This document shows, in pieces, positions 28,605 through 39,504 of a stretch of 64,000 nucleotides of DNA. The translations under genes and the position numbers were made by a program. The stretch spans positions 97,129,322 through 97,193,321 of the forward strand of contig NC_068984.1 of assembly GCF_001194135.2 (NCBI RefSeq). Reading direction: 5' to 3'. The DNA is from Octopus bimaculoides. Lineage: Eukaryota. Position 1 is the first letter of the stretch. Each line of letters opens with the position of its first letter. A model generated the notes under the pieces. That model searched no databases, was not told the origin of the DNA, and was given only the letters and a program-made list of their open reading frames with translations.

Positions 28605-29700
28605 GCAACAGAAAAAAGATGGTATNNNNNNNNNNNNNNNNNNNNNNNNNNNNNNNNNNNNNNNNNNNNNNNNNNNNNNNNNNNNNNNNNNNNNNNNNNN
28701 NNNNNNNNNNNNNNNNNNNNNNNNNNNNNNNNNNNNNNNNNNNNNNNNNNNNNNNNNNNNNNNNNNNNNNNNNNNNNNNNNNNNNNNNNNNNNNNNNNNN
28801 NNNNNNNNNNNNNNNNNNNNNNNNNNNNNNNNNNNNNNNNNNNNNNNNNNNNNNNNNNNNNNNNNNNNNNNNNNNNNNNNNNNNNNNNNNNNNNNNNNNN
28901 NNNNNNNNNNNNNNNNNNNNNNNNNNNNNNNNNNNNNNNNNNNNNNNNNNNNNNNNNNNNNNNNNNNNNNNNNNNNNNNNNNNNNNNNNNNNNNNNNNNN
29001 NNNNNNNNNNNNNNNNNNNNNNNNNNNNNNNNNNNNNNNNNNNNNNNNNNNNNNNNNNNNNNNNNNNNNNNNNNNNNNNNNNNNNNNNNNNNNNNNNNNN
29101 NNNNNNNNNNNNNNNNNNNNNNNNNNNNNNNNNNNNNNNNNNNNNNNNNNNNNNNNNNNNNNNNNNNNNNNNNNNNNNNNNNNNNNNNNNNNNNNNNNNN
29201 NNNNNNNNNNNNNNNNNNNNNNNNNNNNNNNNNNNNNNNNNNNNNNNNNNNNNNNNNNNNNNNNNNNNNNNNNNNNNNNNNNNNNNNNNNNNNNNNNNNN
29301 NNNNNNNNNNNNNNNNNNNNNNNNNNNNNNNNNNNNNNNNNNNNNNNNNNNNNNNNNNNNNNNNNNNNNNNNNNNNNNNNNNNNNNNNNNNNNNNNNNNN
29401 NNNNNNNNNNNNNNNNNNNNNNNNNNNNNNNNNNNNNNCTAAAAACAGAAACAATTCCTATCATAGTAGGTGCCTTAGGTATAATAAAAAAATATTCAGA
29501 TAAATACATAACAAAAACACCAGGACTTACAAACATATATAACATACAGAAAATTGCACTACTGGGCACTGCACACATCCTACGCAAAACACTTTCAATA
29601 CAGTAACTATAAGAGCATCACAGCAAACCACAGCACATACCCAAGGCACACAGAGCTACGCTCGGTAGTGAAGTGAAAGCACGTTATAAAAATAAAACTA

Positions 29701-29748
<48 letters not shown>

Positions 29749-29967
29749 CCTTTCTACTAAAGGCACAAGGTCTGAAGTTTTGGGTGGGGGGTTAGTTGAT
29801 TACATCGACCCCAGTATCCAACTGATACTTAATTTATCAACCTCAAAAGGATGAAAGGCAAAGTCGACTTCGGCAGAACTGGAACTTAGATCATAAAATT
29901 GGATGAAATGCTGCTAAGTATTTTACCCGGTGTGCTATCAATTCTGCAAGCTTACTACTACTACTAA

Positions 29968-30040
<73 letters not shown>

Positions 30041-30167
30041 CCTTCCTATTGAAGGCACAAGGCCTGAAATTTTAGGGAAGGGGACAAGTCGATTATATTG
30101 ACTCCAGTGTTTCACTGTTATTCTCAACACCAAAAGGAAGAAAGGCAAAGTTGACCTTGACAGAATA

Positions 30168-30206
<39 letters not shown>

Positions 30207-31889
30207 TTTTGTTTTTAATTTAAGCACAAGGCCAGCAATTCTGAGGGGGGGGGGGGTAGGCAATACCATCAACCTCAGTACTTGACTGGTACTTTACCAT
30301 CTGTGGAATAAATAACACAGAACATTTTTACCAATGAGAAGAAGCAAGCAAAAAGGAGAAGAGGAAAGGAGAGAAGGTAAAGGGAGAAAGAGGAGGAGGG
30401 GAAAGGAAGAGGAAAAAGAGGAAGAAAGAGAAGCTGAAAGAGAAGAGAGGAAGAAGAGGGAGAAGAGGGAGGAGAAAAATGAATGAATGAATGAACAAAC
30501 ACACTTACCACCTTCTTGATCAGTGAGAATGATTGCATGTGCCCGGCCACCAGCCATTCCTATAATTTTCGTCTTAGTCGGATGAAGAAGAGGTATTTCA
30601 ATGTTTGTGGGTTCAATTATGTAATCAAGGAATCTATCTACAAATAGAGAAACACTTCATCTAAATACAGCTTCTGAAATGACACTTCATTTCAACACCC
30701 TTCCTCTCCTGCACTCTCTCTAACTTAGTGTAGTGATTTCTCTTGTCCTCTAATGTCCCAGTCCAAAATATCAGAATTTTCTTCATACAGCACACTACTT
30801 CTACTGCTGCTGCTACCATTGCCACCACTTCTATCCAATGTTTCAAACTGATCTTTACCAATGTGACCACCATTATAGGTTTCCAAAAATTTTATTTCAA
30901 TTACATTATAGAAAAATTAAACTTAAAAGCAGTGGTCCTCAACCAGGGTCCAAATAAGATTTTGCTGTTGAAATTTATGCACAACAAATTGGTTATACTT
31001 CTACAATACACAAAATATTCTAACAATGCTTTAATACAATTCCTAATAATATTTAATTATAAAAATATAATGGAATTTTTTAGAAATTGGATGATTTTGA
31101 AGGTCTACTCCAGTAAAGTAGGGATCAAAGAGGTTAATAGCTAAAGAATGGTTGAGAACCACTGCTTTATAGCAATATATTGACTAGTACTTCTACCTCT
31201 CCTACCTAGATATTAAATACCTATCCTGGTGGGCTAAACAAATAAGTAGCTAGTGCTAAAATGCTTAATGAAGTAAACCAAGAAGATTTAATTACTTAAG
31301 TGATAAAACACCTGTTTAAATGAGAAAATAGTCATTAACTTAATTATTAACTCTGCCAGTGGCCCACAGTTTTTTCAACTTTCTCAAACTAGGGACTATA
31401 ATGTTTAATACCATTCTACAGTAGAAATCATAGCAGTTCACTCATTCATTCATATGTGCCCACAGACATATAGAAAGGTAAATATATGTACAAGCTTTAG
31501 AAACTTGAAATAAACTTCAATCTGTATGAATCTGCGTTATTCTAAAGACAAAATTTCTAGAATATTTATTACTTACATTCACAGTGTTTAAAATGATGTT
31601 TTTAATTTACATTTCTTTGTTTTGATGTACGAGTTATTCAGTATTCTAAACTGTAACCACTGGTAACATAATGTTTTAGAGTATAACTAGCAGCCAAATA
31701 GTTTCTAACTTACCCGAGTCCTTCTGCATTTGATAACATCCAATCTGTGAATCAGTGTTGATACCAGTGCCAAGAAGTACAGAGGAACCTTGTAAACTAG
31801 ACTGGAATAATGTAAAACCATAACCACAGGCAACATGGCCAACCTGAAAATCAGAGAAAGATTAATGTATATATGTAAAAGAATATGTG

Positions 31890-31928
<39 letters not shown>

Positions 31929-34900
31929 GTGAGTGAGTGAGTGTGTGTGTGTGTGTGCGTGCGTGTGTGCGTGCATGCGTGCGTGTGTGTGTGTGTGTCA
32001 ATGTATGATTTAGGTTTTTTTTAATTGCAATGTCTGGAAGACGAAGCAGTCCTATGATATTTACAGGCCCTCTAAGACTGGTGAAAGTGATACCATTAAT
32101 GTTTTGTTTAAACTTGCAAGTGAACACTTAAGGAAAGACATGAACAAAGAGGAGATTCCAAGTGGGTGGACATTCAGTGATGGAAGGACATGGACATGCA
32201 GTGCCTCAAATGGGAGGGAATATAACAAGGGTGACCAAGAGATGGAGAAACAAGTAGGTTGGGAGTGCCTGAATCAACTCAGAGGAGCACTGACTATTAT
32301 AGTAGCAACATGCCTGTGGGTCAGAGACTGGAATGTGTGATTTAATGCCAATCAATTGAGGCTTTTCTCTGGATTTGGTCCAAGATGTCTATACATAGCA
32401 GCTGCACTATATCAGATGTGTGTGTGTTAAAGAATGTGTAAATAGATATGTAAATGTGTGTGCGTGTTAAAGAATGTGTAAATAGATATGTAAATGTGTG
32501 TGTGTGTATGTGAATGTAAACATGTATAAATGAATGTATGTATGTAAAGAGATATGTGAAAATATTAGTTTCAAATTTTGACACAAGACCAGCAATTTCA
32601 GAGGAGTGGGTAAGTCCTCAACTGGTACTTATTTTATCAACCCTGAAAGGATGAAAGGCAAAGTCAACTTTGGTAGAATTTTCAGAACATAAAGACAGAC
32701 AAAATGTCACTAAGCATTTTGCCCAGTGTGCTAACAACTTTGCCAGTTTGCTGCCTTAAGATATGAGGAAAAAAAGTAATAAACATTTTCACACAGCATT
32801 TATTATCATTAAATATTTTCGTGCTTGTTTTCCCAGTTGTACCAAATTATTTGTGATCCTGCTTGACGAAGAGGTAGACTGACAGATAAATATTTAGAAA
32901 CTTCTAAAATATTATTCACCATTCACAAACAACTACACAAAATTAAGTAACAAAAAAGAAAAAAAAAAAAGAAAGTAAATGTGCTTTCAACTCAGAAGTC
33001 ATAAGTTCAAATCCACTATAAGTATTTGGTTGTTGTTTAGTCCTTTGTCAGCTCTTATCCAGTAGACCTATGACCTATAATCGCAGGCATTCTAGCCATG
33101 ACTTCCCCATCTTTTTTTAAACAGTGTATTTAGAATTGCATTATCCAATTGTCCTTGATGTTTTAAGAAGGCCAGGTTTGATTTGGCTGCTGTTTCTAGC
33201 TCAATTATTTTTTGCTTATAGTCAGGGTGAGCACTCTTAATGCTGGCCAGACTGGTCAGACTGTTTATTTATGGTTCCCAACTTAACTATAAATAGTTTG
33301 GTTCACCTAATCCAATATGGTGGGAAGGCACAACTTACTACTGTAAGCAAATCTAGAACATTACAAGGTGGTATCAAAAAGTTCCCGGACTAGTTATGTT
33401 TAATAAAAAATTTACCAAAGTTTTAACATCATATTTTTCAAAATAGTCATCTTGCGCAGCAATACACCGGTCCCAGCATTCCTGCCACTTTTGAAATACA
33501 GCCTGGAAGTCGTTTTCCATAAGCAAGTCAAAGACTTCTGCGATTCACTCTGGATCTCATCAACAGTGTTAAAACAGTGACCGTTGAGCTGAATTTTCAT
33601 CTTGGGGAAGAGATGGAAGTCTACAGGTGTTAAATCTGGCAAACAGGATGGGCGTGGAAGTGATACCATATTGTTTTTGGTGAGAAAATCATGAGTGAGG
33701 AGAGCTCAGTGTCAGGGTGCATTGTCGTTATGAAGAATCTAGACATTAGGATTGCCCACATGGACCCATGTAACAAACAAAATCAGTAATGTCATCAATT
33801 GCCCTCTGACAATCCTCATGCAAAAGCTGATGAATTTTCTCCACATTTCCAGGGGTGACACTCCTGGTAGGTCTTCCAGATCGTTCATCATATTCCAGGG
33901 GTGTTCTTTCACTTATCAAGTGCACATGCCACTCAAAACATTGCATGCGACCCATTGATTCATCACTGTAAGCTTGCCAAAGCATGCTCAATATCTCTGT
34001 AGCAGACTTCCTAAGTTTAACACAAAATTTCATGTTGGCTCTTTGTTCCAACTTCCAGTCCATGACAAAAATCTCAGACTATAGCATACATGATCGCAAA
34101 AACACAAATTTCACAACTTGTGAAGTAAACACAGCGATGTCACTTGGCACACTGCCTCATGAAGGTTGCTGCTAGCTCACTGTGCACACAATCATGTGCT
34201 CCCATCTGTTAGTACACTACAGCACTACAGAACTAGTCATGGAACTTTTTGATACCACTTTGTGTATATATATATATATTAACTGAGCACTGTGTAGAGT
34301 TAAATTCAAAACAATAGTTTCTCAAGTCAAAGAAGGAATCAATGTGCAATTGGCTGACCTGCTTAAAACAGTAGCCAAATATCTTTCAAATGATATCTTA
34401 AGAAAGAAAGCACATATGTATTTTTTAATTACCAAAAAAATGGAGTAGTCATGGTCAGATTGCCTTCAATCATAGATCTACTGAACATACATGCACAAGA
34501 TTTTGCTGAATTAGCTTTAATCCACAAAACTCACACTCACCTACATTTACTCATACCCTTCACACATTCACATCTCCAATATACCCCATATCTACCTATC
34601 TACATATCCACAATTTACCCAACACCTACCTACATCTACAGAATATACCTCATATCTCCTTATATACTCCACGACATACATTTTAATACATCTAAAATAC
34701 ATAAATAAAAGGTAACAACAAAAACAAATAAAAAAACAGCAGCAATGTATTGTTTTACCTTTAAATGTTGCTCATCGAAGAATTTTAATCTAGCAGGACG
34801 ATGCATGAAGGATAGGTGTGTCTGCTTCACCCCAGGTCTTAAATAGGACTTGATCCCTTTAATAAAGAAACAAAAAAGATAACTGATCCTTTTAGAGCAT

Positions 34901-35632
34901 AACAATTTTAAATTATCATATCATCTTAATATCAAACAGGACACCTTAATAATGAAACAACAAAAAGGCCTCTCTTTTGGATTACTTGGCTGGCTAGAAT
35001 TAAGTTAAACTCTCTTGAGCTACATGGTATTGTTTTATAAGGTTAAGAATATAAAGGCAGAGTCATTGCTAACATATACTTAATGTAAAGATCAAGATAG
35101 TTTCCACTTAATTAAAATTACTTTTATAATAAAGAGAGGGATGGATATGGAGGATGTCAGTTGTATAAAGAAATGTCAAGAGATCAAAGTGGATAAAATT
35201 TGTAGAAGAGGGATACTGCCAAACATGGAATGAAGTGGTGAAAACTGACTTAAAAAAGCTGAACATCATTAAGGAGATGACAATAACACTGTAAGTTGTG
35301 GGAAAATGCTGTGCTGGAGAGGATCCACTGTGAAACACAAACATAAAAATAATGGTGGCAGTGGCGGTGATGGTAGTGGTGGTGGTGTTGGTAGTGTTGG
35401 TGGAGTTTGGGATGTATATCTACACATTGGTTCTCTCAACTATTATGTTCATACTAAGTCTCCATCTACTACTCTCTTCCCATCATTATTCTTTCATCTT
35501 CCACTTTCTCTCCTAATTGTTTCTCTCTAACAATATCTCTCTCCACTTACAACACCAGTGTAATGAGACAAGGCATTGCATTGGATATCTCTGTATTCAA
35601 TCCACCCTTAACACCACTTTTCTTTATTTTTA

Positions 35633-35694
<62 letters not shown>

Positions 35695-38600
35695 TTCTTT
35701 CAGTCTGGCCTTCTTCCTGCTCAGTAGTGAGAGAAAAAGGAACAAATTTATGGAGATAGCATAGAGAAGAAGGAACAGTTTTTAGACTTACCACTGAGAA
35801 GCTAACCTCTTGAGTGCTAATACCATGATAAAATACAATCAATACTCACTATAAGATGGTTGACAATAGGAAGAACATCCAACTAAAGAAGCCATACCAA
35901 AAAATAGAACACATAAATGAGTAGTAGTCCTCAACTCCTTTAGAAGATCAATAACTATGAATAAGAACCAATTTGGACTATGATGACCTTTTCAGTTTAT
36001 GTCAGCAAGGAAAGTAGATGTAAAATGATAACAACTGGCTCAGTTTACCTAGCTGTTGGGAATAAGTATCAGATCAGCTGACATCCTATTCAAAAGATTC
36101 CTCCTAGTAAAGAGAACTAACATTTGGTCCCTTGAAAATCCTTTCAGAACTGAAGAGGCATTTAGATGTGATTCCTTTTACATGTGAGTAATAAAATAAG
36201 ATTGATAGGAAACATGCAATAACAAGGACTGAGGCAAGAAAACAGGCCTGTACCTCAGAGAGACAGAGAAACATATACTTCAGCCAAACAAGGAGCCCTG
36301 TACTTCAAATGGGTAGAATCCTATACTACAGAAACAGAGAGAGCCTTGTGCTTAAAACAGACTGACAGCTCTGCACTTTAGATAAAATTTATTTTTCTTT
36401 TGGTTTAAGGTCACAGTACATTTCCTTCCCTAACATGCACACACACACACACACACACACACAACTTCAGAACAGGTATAGTCTAATTATGTAACTTTTC
36501 TAGCATGTCTTTATACAATTAGCCACTTTGATAATCTGTCTGTCATAATTAGATAATCAGCTAGTGTTAATTAAACATGCATTAATCACTTTTAAATATG
36601 ATACAGCCTACCCATATCAACTTTTAATCACTCTCTCTCTTTTTCTCTCTTTCTTCATGTGCTTGTGCGTGTGTGTGTGTGTGTATGAGGTCAGATCAAT
36701 AAGTATCCAGATTGTTGCCATAGTAACGAAGCTAAAGCACACAGAGTGAAGCTGCTTGGCACAGATTGACCTTGAATTCTGCTGTACATGTGCAGTAAAT
36801 TTTAACGTTCTAGCTCACTTCCACTGTTTACAACAGTGCTTGGAAGAAACGTGTGTAGCATGTGATCGTCGCATTGACCATGACAGAGAAAGTTGTCATG
36901 GTGACACCCGCTCAGAGACCTATGCAAAGTTGCAGAAAGTGCGTGGAGAGGGGTGTATGAGCTGCACACAAGTGTATGAGAGGTTCAGACGTTTCCAAGA
37001 TGGCCCAAAAAATGTCAATACTGACGAACGCTCTGTGAGTCCCGCAACTAGTAGAACTGAGAAAAACATCATAGATGTGCATGCAGCTGTGAGGGGAAAT
37101 CATTGAACCACCATCTGTGAGATATCAGAGGATGCGCAGATTAGTTATGGCTCAGTTCAGTCCGTTATCACTGAAGATTTGGGTATGAGATGCATGTCTG
37201 CCAAGTTTGTGCCAAAACTGTTTTCAGCTGACCAAAAAGACACTCGGGTTTCAGCTGCACAAAATCTCCTTGAATGTGTTGAGAATAATGAAAACCTTTT
37301 GAAAATTTTGCATGGGCCTCTGAGCAGGTATCGCCAAGCTTTTGGTAAAATTCAATGCAGATTCTCTGCTCAACTTTCTCTGTAATGGTCAATGTAATGA
37401 TCACACGCTACACACGTTCCTTCCATGCACTGCTGTAAACAGCGGAAGTGAGCTAGAACATTAAAATTTAGTGCACATGCACAACAGAATTCAAGGTCAA
37501 TCTGTGCTAAGTGGTTTCATTCTGTGTGCTTTAGCTTCGTGGTAAGTAGCTTGCTTACCAACCACATGGTTCCGGGTTTATTCTCACTGCATGGCACCTT
37601 TGGCAAGTGTCTTCTACTATAGCCTCGGGCCGACCAAAGCCTTGTGAGTGGATTTGGTAGACGGAAACTGAAAGAAGCCTGTCGTATATATGGATATGTA
37701 TGTGTGTGTATATGTTTGTGTGTCTTTGTTTGTCCCCCCAACATCGTTTGACAACCGATGGTGGTGTGTTTACGTCCCCGTAACTTAGCGGTTCGGCAAA
37801 GGACACCGATAGAATAAGTACTAGGCTTACAAAGAATAAGTCCTGGGGTCAATTTGCTCGACTAAAGGCAGTGCTCCAGCATGGCCGCAGTCAAATGACT
37901 GAAACAAGTAAAGAGTAAAGAGTATATATTGGGTCATCCCATAAATTATGCAGTTTTTTCAATTGCACGAAAAGACACAATAAACTACATGCATCAACTT
38001 GCTATAAAAGCAGGTAGTAATTTTACCTTGTCCTTATATTTAGTGCAAGTTTTGAAGAGTAGAGTTCGATTTTAAGAGTTATTTTTTCAAAACTAAAATG
38101 GAAGTGACAAAAGAGCACATTCTGCATATTTTGCTTTATAAGTTCAATAAAGGCAACAACGCAACGGAAAGTGCGAGAAATATTAATGCAGCATATGGGG
38201 ACTGGACAATAAGCGTAAGCCAGTGTCAAAGGTGGTTCAAGAAATGAACACGCTTCATCTTGGAAGATCTGTAGAGCTCAACGAGGACGTCCTGCAAATC
38301 CTGGTGGAACAAAATCCCATTGTAACTGTTAAGGAACTAACAGAAGCTTGGATTTGATCATTCCACCATTCTTCGAGACCTGCATGCCATCAGAAAAGTC
38401 AGCAAATTGGGTCAATAGGTTCCTCACAAACTTTCCGAGTCTAATTGCACACAGAGAAGGACCGTGTGCTCTTCTTTGCTGTCACATCTCACAAATGAAC
38501 CTTTTTATGGACCAAATAGTGACTGGCGATGAGAAATGGTTCTCTATAAAAATGTCAAGTGCTGAAAACAGTGGGTAGGGAAAGGAGAAACACTAGCACC

Positions 38601-39504
38601 CCAGGCTAAAGAAGGTCTTCACCCATGTAAGGTGTTGTTAATTGTTTGGTGGGATATGAAACATTTAGTCTACTTTGAACTTTTAAACCCAAACCAAATG
38701 ATAACAAAGGAGAACTACCGCAAGTACCTTGAGTGGCTTCTTAAATTAGTACTAGAAGAAAAGCGACTATCTTTGATTTCAAGACAAAAGGTATTCTTCC
38801 ATCAGGATAATGCTCAGCCACATACAGTGAGGATGATATTGCAAAGGCTGGAGCAGTTTGAATGGGAAATGATGCCCCACCCACCATATTAGCTGGACAC
38901 TACCTCATCTGATTATCAATTATCCCACAGGCTTCAAGGTCATTTGGACGAGAAAAATATGAATTCTGTAGACAAGGTCAGAACAGTACTGGAGGAGTAT
39001 TTTTCATCACAGACAAGTGAATTTTGGAAAAGGGGCCTTGCAAGTCTACCAGAGCATTGTAGAAAATGAAGGAGAGGATATTTTAAATTAAAAAAGAACT
39101 TTGTTTATCTTAATTTTGAAAAATAAAAGAAGTATAAAAAAAACTGCATTATTTATGGGATGACCCAATATCTTAGCACACACATACCAATGCATCAATA
39201 ACAGCAAACACACAAAAGCACATATTCATTCCACTACCAAGTATCCAACTTTATGAGACCACAACAGACAAACAGTTAACTTACCCAGTGCACCAGTGGC
39301 AGAGAAGCCCCACGCATAGAGTCTTTCATTCAGGTGACTGACATCCTCTGCTGTGTATTGCACCACAGTCTCCTCTATGGCTTGCTGCTTCGCAATGCGT
39401 TTCTTCCAGGTGGATATGTGCCGGGACACCTCGGCTGGCACAGCTACCCTTAGCCTTGTCTTCACCACTTGATATGGTGAGTACAACCAACACGTCAAGG
39501 CCAT
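1930..39504 (-). CDS. RCC1L: RCC1-like G exchanging factor-like protein (WBSCR16), mitochondrial; 12 coding exons, 463 aa
   Basis: Joined exons 39504-39285, 34856-34759, 31843-31714, 30637-30509, 24769-24703, 21891-21840, 16049-15965, 15204-15094, 14334-14173, 12264-12091, 8452-8367 and 2007-1930 give 1392 nt, open and phase-consistent with GT-AG introns. The motifs YAWGFSATGALG, ACGYGFTL, GRAHAIILTD, LGNNSFGQCGR, CGQDHTFFLT, FGWGNSEY, WGFGILGRGP, WGKNKQGYLGLG and CGVDHMV match vertebrate RCC1L, as I recall it, in the same order. Confidence 0.95.
2484..2699. mobile_element. Mariner-type MITE
   Basis: TA followed by CAAGGGGGTGCTAAAAAGTTCCAGGCTTT, and an inverted AAAGCCAGGAACTTTTCAGCACCCCTC at the right end. 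Confidence 0.7.
3425..3800 (-). mobile_element. tRNA-derived SINE (family A)
   Basis: Reverse-strand B-box GGTTCAATCC (3758-3749); homologous to the copies at 17.6, 23.6, 37.5, 49.2 and 53.8 kb. Confidence 0.8.
4266..4893. mobile_element. Foldback MITE with about 250-bp TIRs (TGT...ACA ends)
   Basis: Arm at about 4266-4520 is the reverse complement of about 4625-4893; both carry repeated (a/c)TATACCC motifs. Confidence 0.75.
5376..5714 (+). mobile_element. RTE LINE 3' end with (GAT)n tail
   Basis: Homologous to the 3' end of the RTE copy at 59214-62424. Confidence 0.8.
5810..7586 (+). pseudogene. Degraded hAT (Buster/ZBED-like) transposase
   Basis: RKYDESYLSFGFT...KPQCVLC...LKRH (BED finger), AIQIDETTD, MKKMTAFKMKLHLW, FWIEM..YPDVVKLA...CECEMAF; several stops and frameshifts. 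Confidence 0.9.
8367..8452 (-). CDS. RCC1L: RCC1L coding exon 11 (NHGDLYTWGKNKQGYLGLGDRNDQFFPLR)
   Basis: ttttcag acceptor, gtaaat donor. Confidence 0.95.
8507..8745 (+). mobile_element. tRNA-derived SINE (family C)
   Basis: A-box TGGCTCAGTGG (8513-8523) and B-box-like GTTTGATTCC (8558-8567). Confidence 0.65.
9522..10260 (+). mobile_element. RTE LINE fragment (ORF C-terminal part)
   Basis: RIRTGWAKFRELLPLLVTKDLSLRVKGRLY...AMLYSSETWAV. Confidence 0.8.
12091..12264 (-). CDS. RCC1L: RCC1L coding exon 10 (ASGEVFTWGFGILGRGP...CGIYHFAALT)
   Basis: aag acceptor after a T-rich tract, gtaagt donor. Confidence 0.95.
13255..13528. repeat. Two adjacent minisatellites (about 27-bp purine-rich unit; 23-bp unit x4)
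   Basis: Units resembling ggaggttggtggtaggagagaagttga, then four copies of aataagacacatgagatcaatgg at 13436-13528. Confidence 0.8.
13828..14086. mobile_element. hAT-type MITE
   Basis: CAGTGATTCTTAAC...GCTGAGAAACACTG ends; related to the copy at 30930-31164. Confidence 0.65.
14173..14334 (-). CDS. RCC1L: RCC1L coding exon 9 (DEGNLFGWGNSEYNQL...SGGSICGFLN)
   Basis: ttttcag acceptor, gtaaga donor. Confidence 0.95.
14377..14590. mobile_element. piggyBac-type MITE
   Basis: TTAA-CTCTTTAGCATT...AATGCTAAAGAG-TTAA. Confidence 0.75.
14830..15125 (-). repeat. About 61-bp tandem repeat x5 derived from the RCC1L exon 8 / intron junction
   Basis: Junction equivalents at 15094, 15032, 14969, 14910 and 14848. 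Confidence 0.85.
15094..15204 (-). CDS. RCC1L: RCC1L coding exon 8 (GLGHYKNVSQATQVKGDIEGVNIKQIACSGDCVLALS)
   Basis: tag acceptor, gtaagt donor. Confidence 0.95.
15965..16049 (-). CDS. RCC1L: RCC1L coding exon 7 (VVCGQDHTFFLTQSGEVYSCGLSSDGQTG)
   Basis: tag acceptor, gtaa donor, conserved motif. Confidence 0.95.
17615..17760 (+). mobile_element. SINE family A, 5' part
   Basis: Homology to the 37539-37921 copy. Confidence 0.7.
18230..18720 (-). pseudogene. Penelope-like element GIY-YIG endonuclease remnant
   Basis: KSNCPLGQACDISSVIYEAQV...KHYI*SMEGKFKSRYNNHLSNFRH...KPYINGSKRYSICSLEK. Confidence 0.8.
20780..21745 (-). mobile_element. Old RTE LINE fragment
   Basis: LFIIVLQAIT...KWPCSLCRKGVGKN, then degraded 3' sequence. 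Confidence 0.7.
21840..21891 (-). CDS. RCC1L: RCC1L coding exon 6 (RGSSTITKIRHLPDNIKE)
   Basis: tattcag acceptor, gtattt donor; 52 nt gives the required phase 2 to 0. Confidence 0.8.
22159..22475 (-). mobile_element. Helitron 3' end with helicase C-terminus remnant
   Basis: AYGQLYAGCSRVGN*NKLFVLTLNGKTKFVVYHAALQ* (Pif1-like motif VI); the element ends in CTAG|T at 22159. Confidence 0.75.
22489..22736. mobile_element. Palindromic insertion of two inverted hammerhead-bearing (Penelope pLTR-like) units
   Basis: 65-bp inverted arms at 22532-22596 and 22667-22731; 13-bp flanking direct repeat GATAATTCTTCTG. Confidence 0.8.
23585..23955 (+). mobile_element. SINE family A, near full length
   Basis: Homology to the 37539-37921 copy. 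Confidence 0.8.
24703..24769 (-). CDS. RCC1L: RCC1L coding exon 5 (VFSLGNNSFGQCGRPIVETEKY)
   Basis: cag acceptor, gtaact donor, conserved GNNSxGQCGR. Confidence 0.93.
27202..27304. repeat. Compound (CTG)(CTA)(ATA)n microsatellite
   Basis: Directly visible. Confidence 0.95.
27303..28572 (+). mobile_element. Full-length degraded mariner (Hsmar1/cecropia-like)
   Basis: TIRs TAGGTTGTTCC.../...GGAACAACCTA; transposase pieces HEFKLGH, KKLDKWVLHEL, IMVTVWWS, LLHDNA, HPPYSPDLSPTD. Confidence 0.9.
28606..29705 (+). mobile_element. 5'-truncated Dong/R4-clade LINE spanning an N gap
   Basis: IATEKRWY before the gap; KTETIPIIVGALGIIKK...KIALLGTAHILRKTLSIQ* after it; (TAA)n on both sides. Confidence 0.75.
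29746..30300 (-). mobile_element. Cluster of SINE family B copies with (TTA)n tails
   Basis: Repeated gatgaaaggcaaagt(c/t)gac core and aggcacaagg 3' end; further copies at about 26.9, 32.6 and 55.45 kb. Confidence 0.7.
30509..30637 (-). CDS. RCC1L: RCC1L coding exon 4 (DRFLDYIIEP...GRAHAIILTDQEG)
   Basis: tag acceptor, gtaagt donor, phase 1 to 1. Confidence 0.93.
30930..31164. mobile_element. hAT-type MITE
   Basis: CAGTGGTCCTCAACC...GGTTGAGAACCACTG; degenerate 8-bp TSD cttaaaag/ctttatag. Confidence 0.75.
31714..31843 (-). CDS. RCC1L: RCC1L coding exon 3 (VGHVACGYGFTLF...GINTDSQIG...)
   Basis: ttttcag acceptor, gtaagt donor, RCC1-repeat motif. Confidence 0.93.
32570..32760 (-). mobile_element. 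SINE family B
   Basis: Homology to the 29746-29960 copy. Confidence 0.65.
33364..34262 (-). mobile_element. Internally deleted mariner
   Basis: TIRs CAAGGTGGTATCAAAAAGTTCC / GGAACTTTTTGATACCACTTTG; EQRANMKFCVKL, ERSGRP, PDLTPVDFHLFPKMK. Confidence 0.88.
34759..34856 (-). CDS. RCC1L: RCC1L coding exon 2 (GIKSYLRPGVKQTHLSFMHRPARLKFFDEQHLK)
   Basis: aag|GG...AAG|gtaaaa; 98 nt bridges phase 1 to phase 0 as required. Confidence 0.85.
35636..35690. repeat. (TC)n microsatellite
   Basis: Directly visible. Confidence 0.95.
36686..37540 (+). mobile_element. Mariner derivative with an inverted duplication of its 5' end
   Basis: Transposase N-terminus up to SAKFVPKL, followed by a reverse-complement copy of the 5' UTR and start region. 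Confidence 0.8.
37539..37921 (+). mobile_element. SINE family A, full length and CpG-rich (young)
   Basis: tRNA-like head gtggtaagtagcttgc...ggttccggg, body, and a gtaaaga tail. Confidence 0.85.
37929..39168 (+). mobile_element. Full-length degraded mariner
   Basis: TA-flanked TIRs TTGGGTCATCCCATAAAT / ATTTATGGGATGACCCAA; MEVTKEHI, IVTGDEKW, LLIVWWD, FHQDNAQPH, HPPY. Confidence 0.92.
39285..39504 (-). CDS. RCC1L: RCC1L coding exon 1 (MALTCWLYSP...ERLYAWGFSATGALG)
   Basis: ATG at 39504-39502; donor G|GTAAGT at 39284; basic and hydroxylated N-terminus compatible with a mitochondrial presequence. Confidence 0.9.
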
